A DNA stretch of 64,000 nucleotides. Source: Orbicella franksi. Taxonomy: Eukaryota. Every line of letters begins with the position of its first letter. Within the stretch, counting starts at the first letter, position 1. Shown here in pieces: positions 63,301 through 64,000 of this stretch. The stretch is from the NCBI GenBank assembly GCA_964199315.1, contig OZ116708.1, forward strand, positions 2,108,001 to 2,172,000. Direction: 5' to 3'. The notes beneath the pieces were generated by a model. That model worked only from the letters and a program-made list of their open reading frames with translations, was not told where the DNA came from and did not search any database. The position numbers were made by a program, and so were the translations under genes.

Positions 63301-63985
63301 GTAAGTTGATCCTCAGCATGGGAAACAGGTACAACCACACCCACAGAGAAATCAATTCCTACTAATGGCCTCCAGAAGTATCTGGAATTAACTTCTTTTA
63401 CTGTTACTCCTTCTTTCTCTTTTCCCCCTCTTGGCAGAAATCGTTTAGCAACAAATGTTTTCGATCCAGATTTTCCACTAGGAAAGAACAAAATGGATGC
63501 ACCTTGCTAAATTCAAGAGTGTCACAATATCAGCTTTCAAGACGGGAGGAATGTCCTTTACCCAATATCAAAATACTTTTTTTTTTTTCGATTCCGGTCT
63601 GTGCTATGTATCAATAGGCAAGGGTATATTCTACGGGAGGCGCTGTGGAGGAATATTGAGCGCAACAAGGAAGTGAATCAGCAAGGAGCGTACTTTAAAC
63701 CGTGAACATACCTTTTTATTGAGTAGAAGACCTCTTCGAACTCTGCCTCTGGTTCCAATGTCCTTATGTCCAGAAAAACGGGGTCCCCGTACGCATCGGT
63801 TGGAGCTGGAAGGAGCGGGTGAATTAATGTCCTTCCAGAGTTACTGATCATAAACGCATAGGTGCTTTGACCTTGATTAAAGAACGTGATATCTGACAAC
63901 AGATCATCCATGTTGATATCAGTGCCTGCCACGCCAATAAACTTTCCTTGATGAAAACAAGGGAGCGTGATCGACATAAGAAGTC
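57357..63985 (-). CDS. CACHD1: Gene D (partial, exons 6-15): recent duplicate of gene C
   Basis: Exons: 63985-63712, 63477-63281, 62553-62473, 61603-61285, 60778-60590, 60473-60130, 59919-59772, 59317-59064, 58868-58693, 58403-57357. Lengths are identical to gene C and the frame is intact. Exons 1-5 lie beyond the window. Confidence 0.9.
62784..63207 (-). mobile_element. L2 LINE 3' fragment in intron 7 of gene D (duplicate of 44247-44625)
   Basis: Same position and sequence as in gene C, so the insertion predates the duplication. Confidence 0.75.
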
Positions 63986-64000
63986 CTAAAAATGAAGATA

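Larger units (their letters stand above)
56281..64000. repeat. Segmental duplication copy 2 (gene D exons 6-15 plus 3' flank), runs off the window
   Basis: Colinear with 37694-45425. Similarity begins at CATCAAATTTCC. Confidence 0.93.

Noticed and set aside
1-64000. CRISPR arrays, operons or prokaryotic defence systems
   Set aside because: The DNA is spliceosomal-intron-containing eukaryotic sequence, and no regularly spaced repeat-spacer array was seen.

Overview
This is eukaryotic, intron-rich, AT-rich DNA. The repeat families look anthozoan/stony-coral-like, which is an inference. The window is dominated by a local cluster of at least four paralogous type-I membrane receptor genes of the alpha2delta/CACHD1 family (signal peptide, dCache with inserted VWA, second dCache, Cys-rich stalk, TM helix, long cytoplasmic tail). 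Gene A lies on + (1300-20767). Genes B (25302-35834) and C (38769-50010) lie on -, and gene D (57357->64000) is partial on -. I traced 15-exon models for A, B and C (one acceptor of B falls in an assembly gap) and exons 6-15 of D; all visible junctions are GT-AG, with identical intron phases. The three copies whose VWA is visible keep a complete MIDAS motif, and both dCache amino-acid-binding signatures are near-intact with paralog-specific variants. The Pro-rich tails of B, C and D conserve SH2/SH3-type docking motifs, while A has an unrelated tail. C and D derive from a recent ~18.6-kb tandem duplication. The best candidate for an undescribed system is therefore a diversifying family of putative small-ligand-sensing signalling receptors rather than simple channel subunits; this is a hypothesis, not a result. 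Intron 1 of gene A carries a young but disabled Mag-like Gypsy LTR retrotransposon. SINEs, MITEs, L2 and Penelope fragments, palindromic elements, microsatellites and two assembly gaps are also present.
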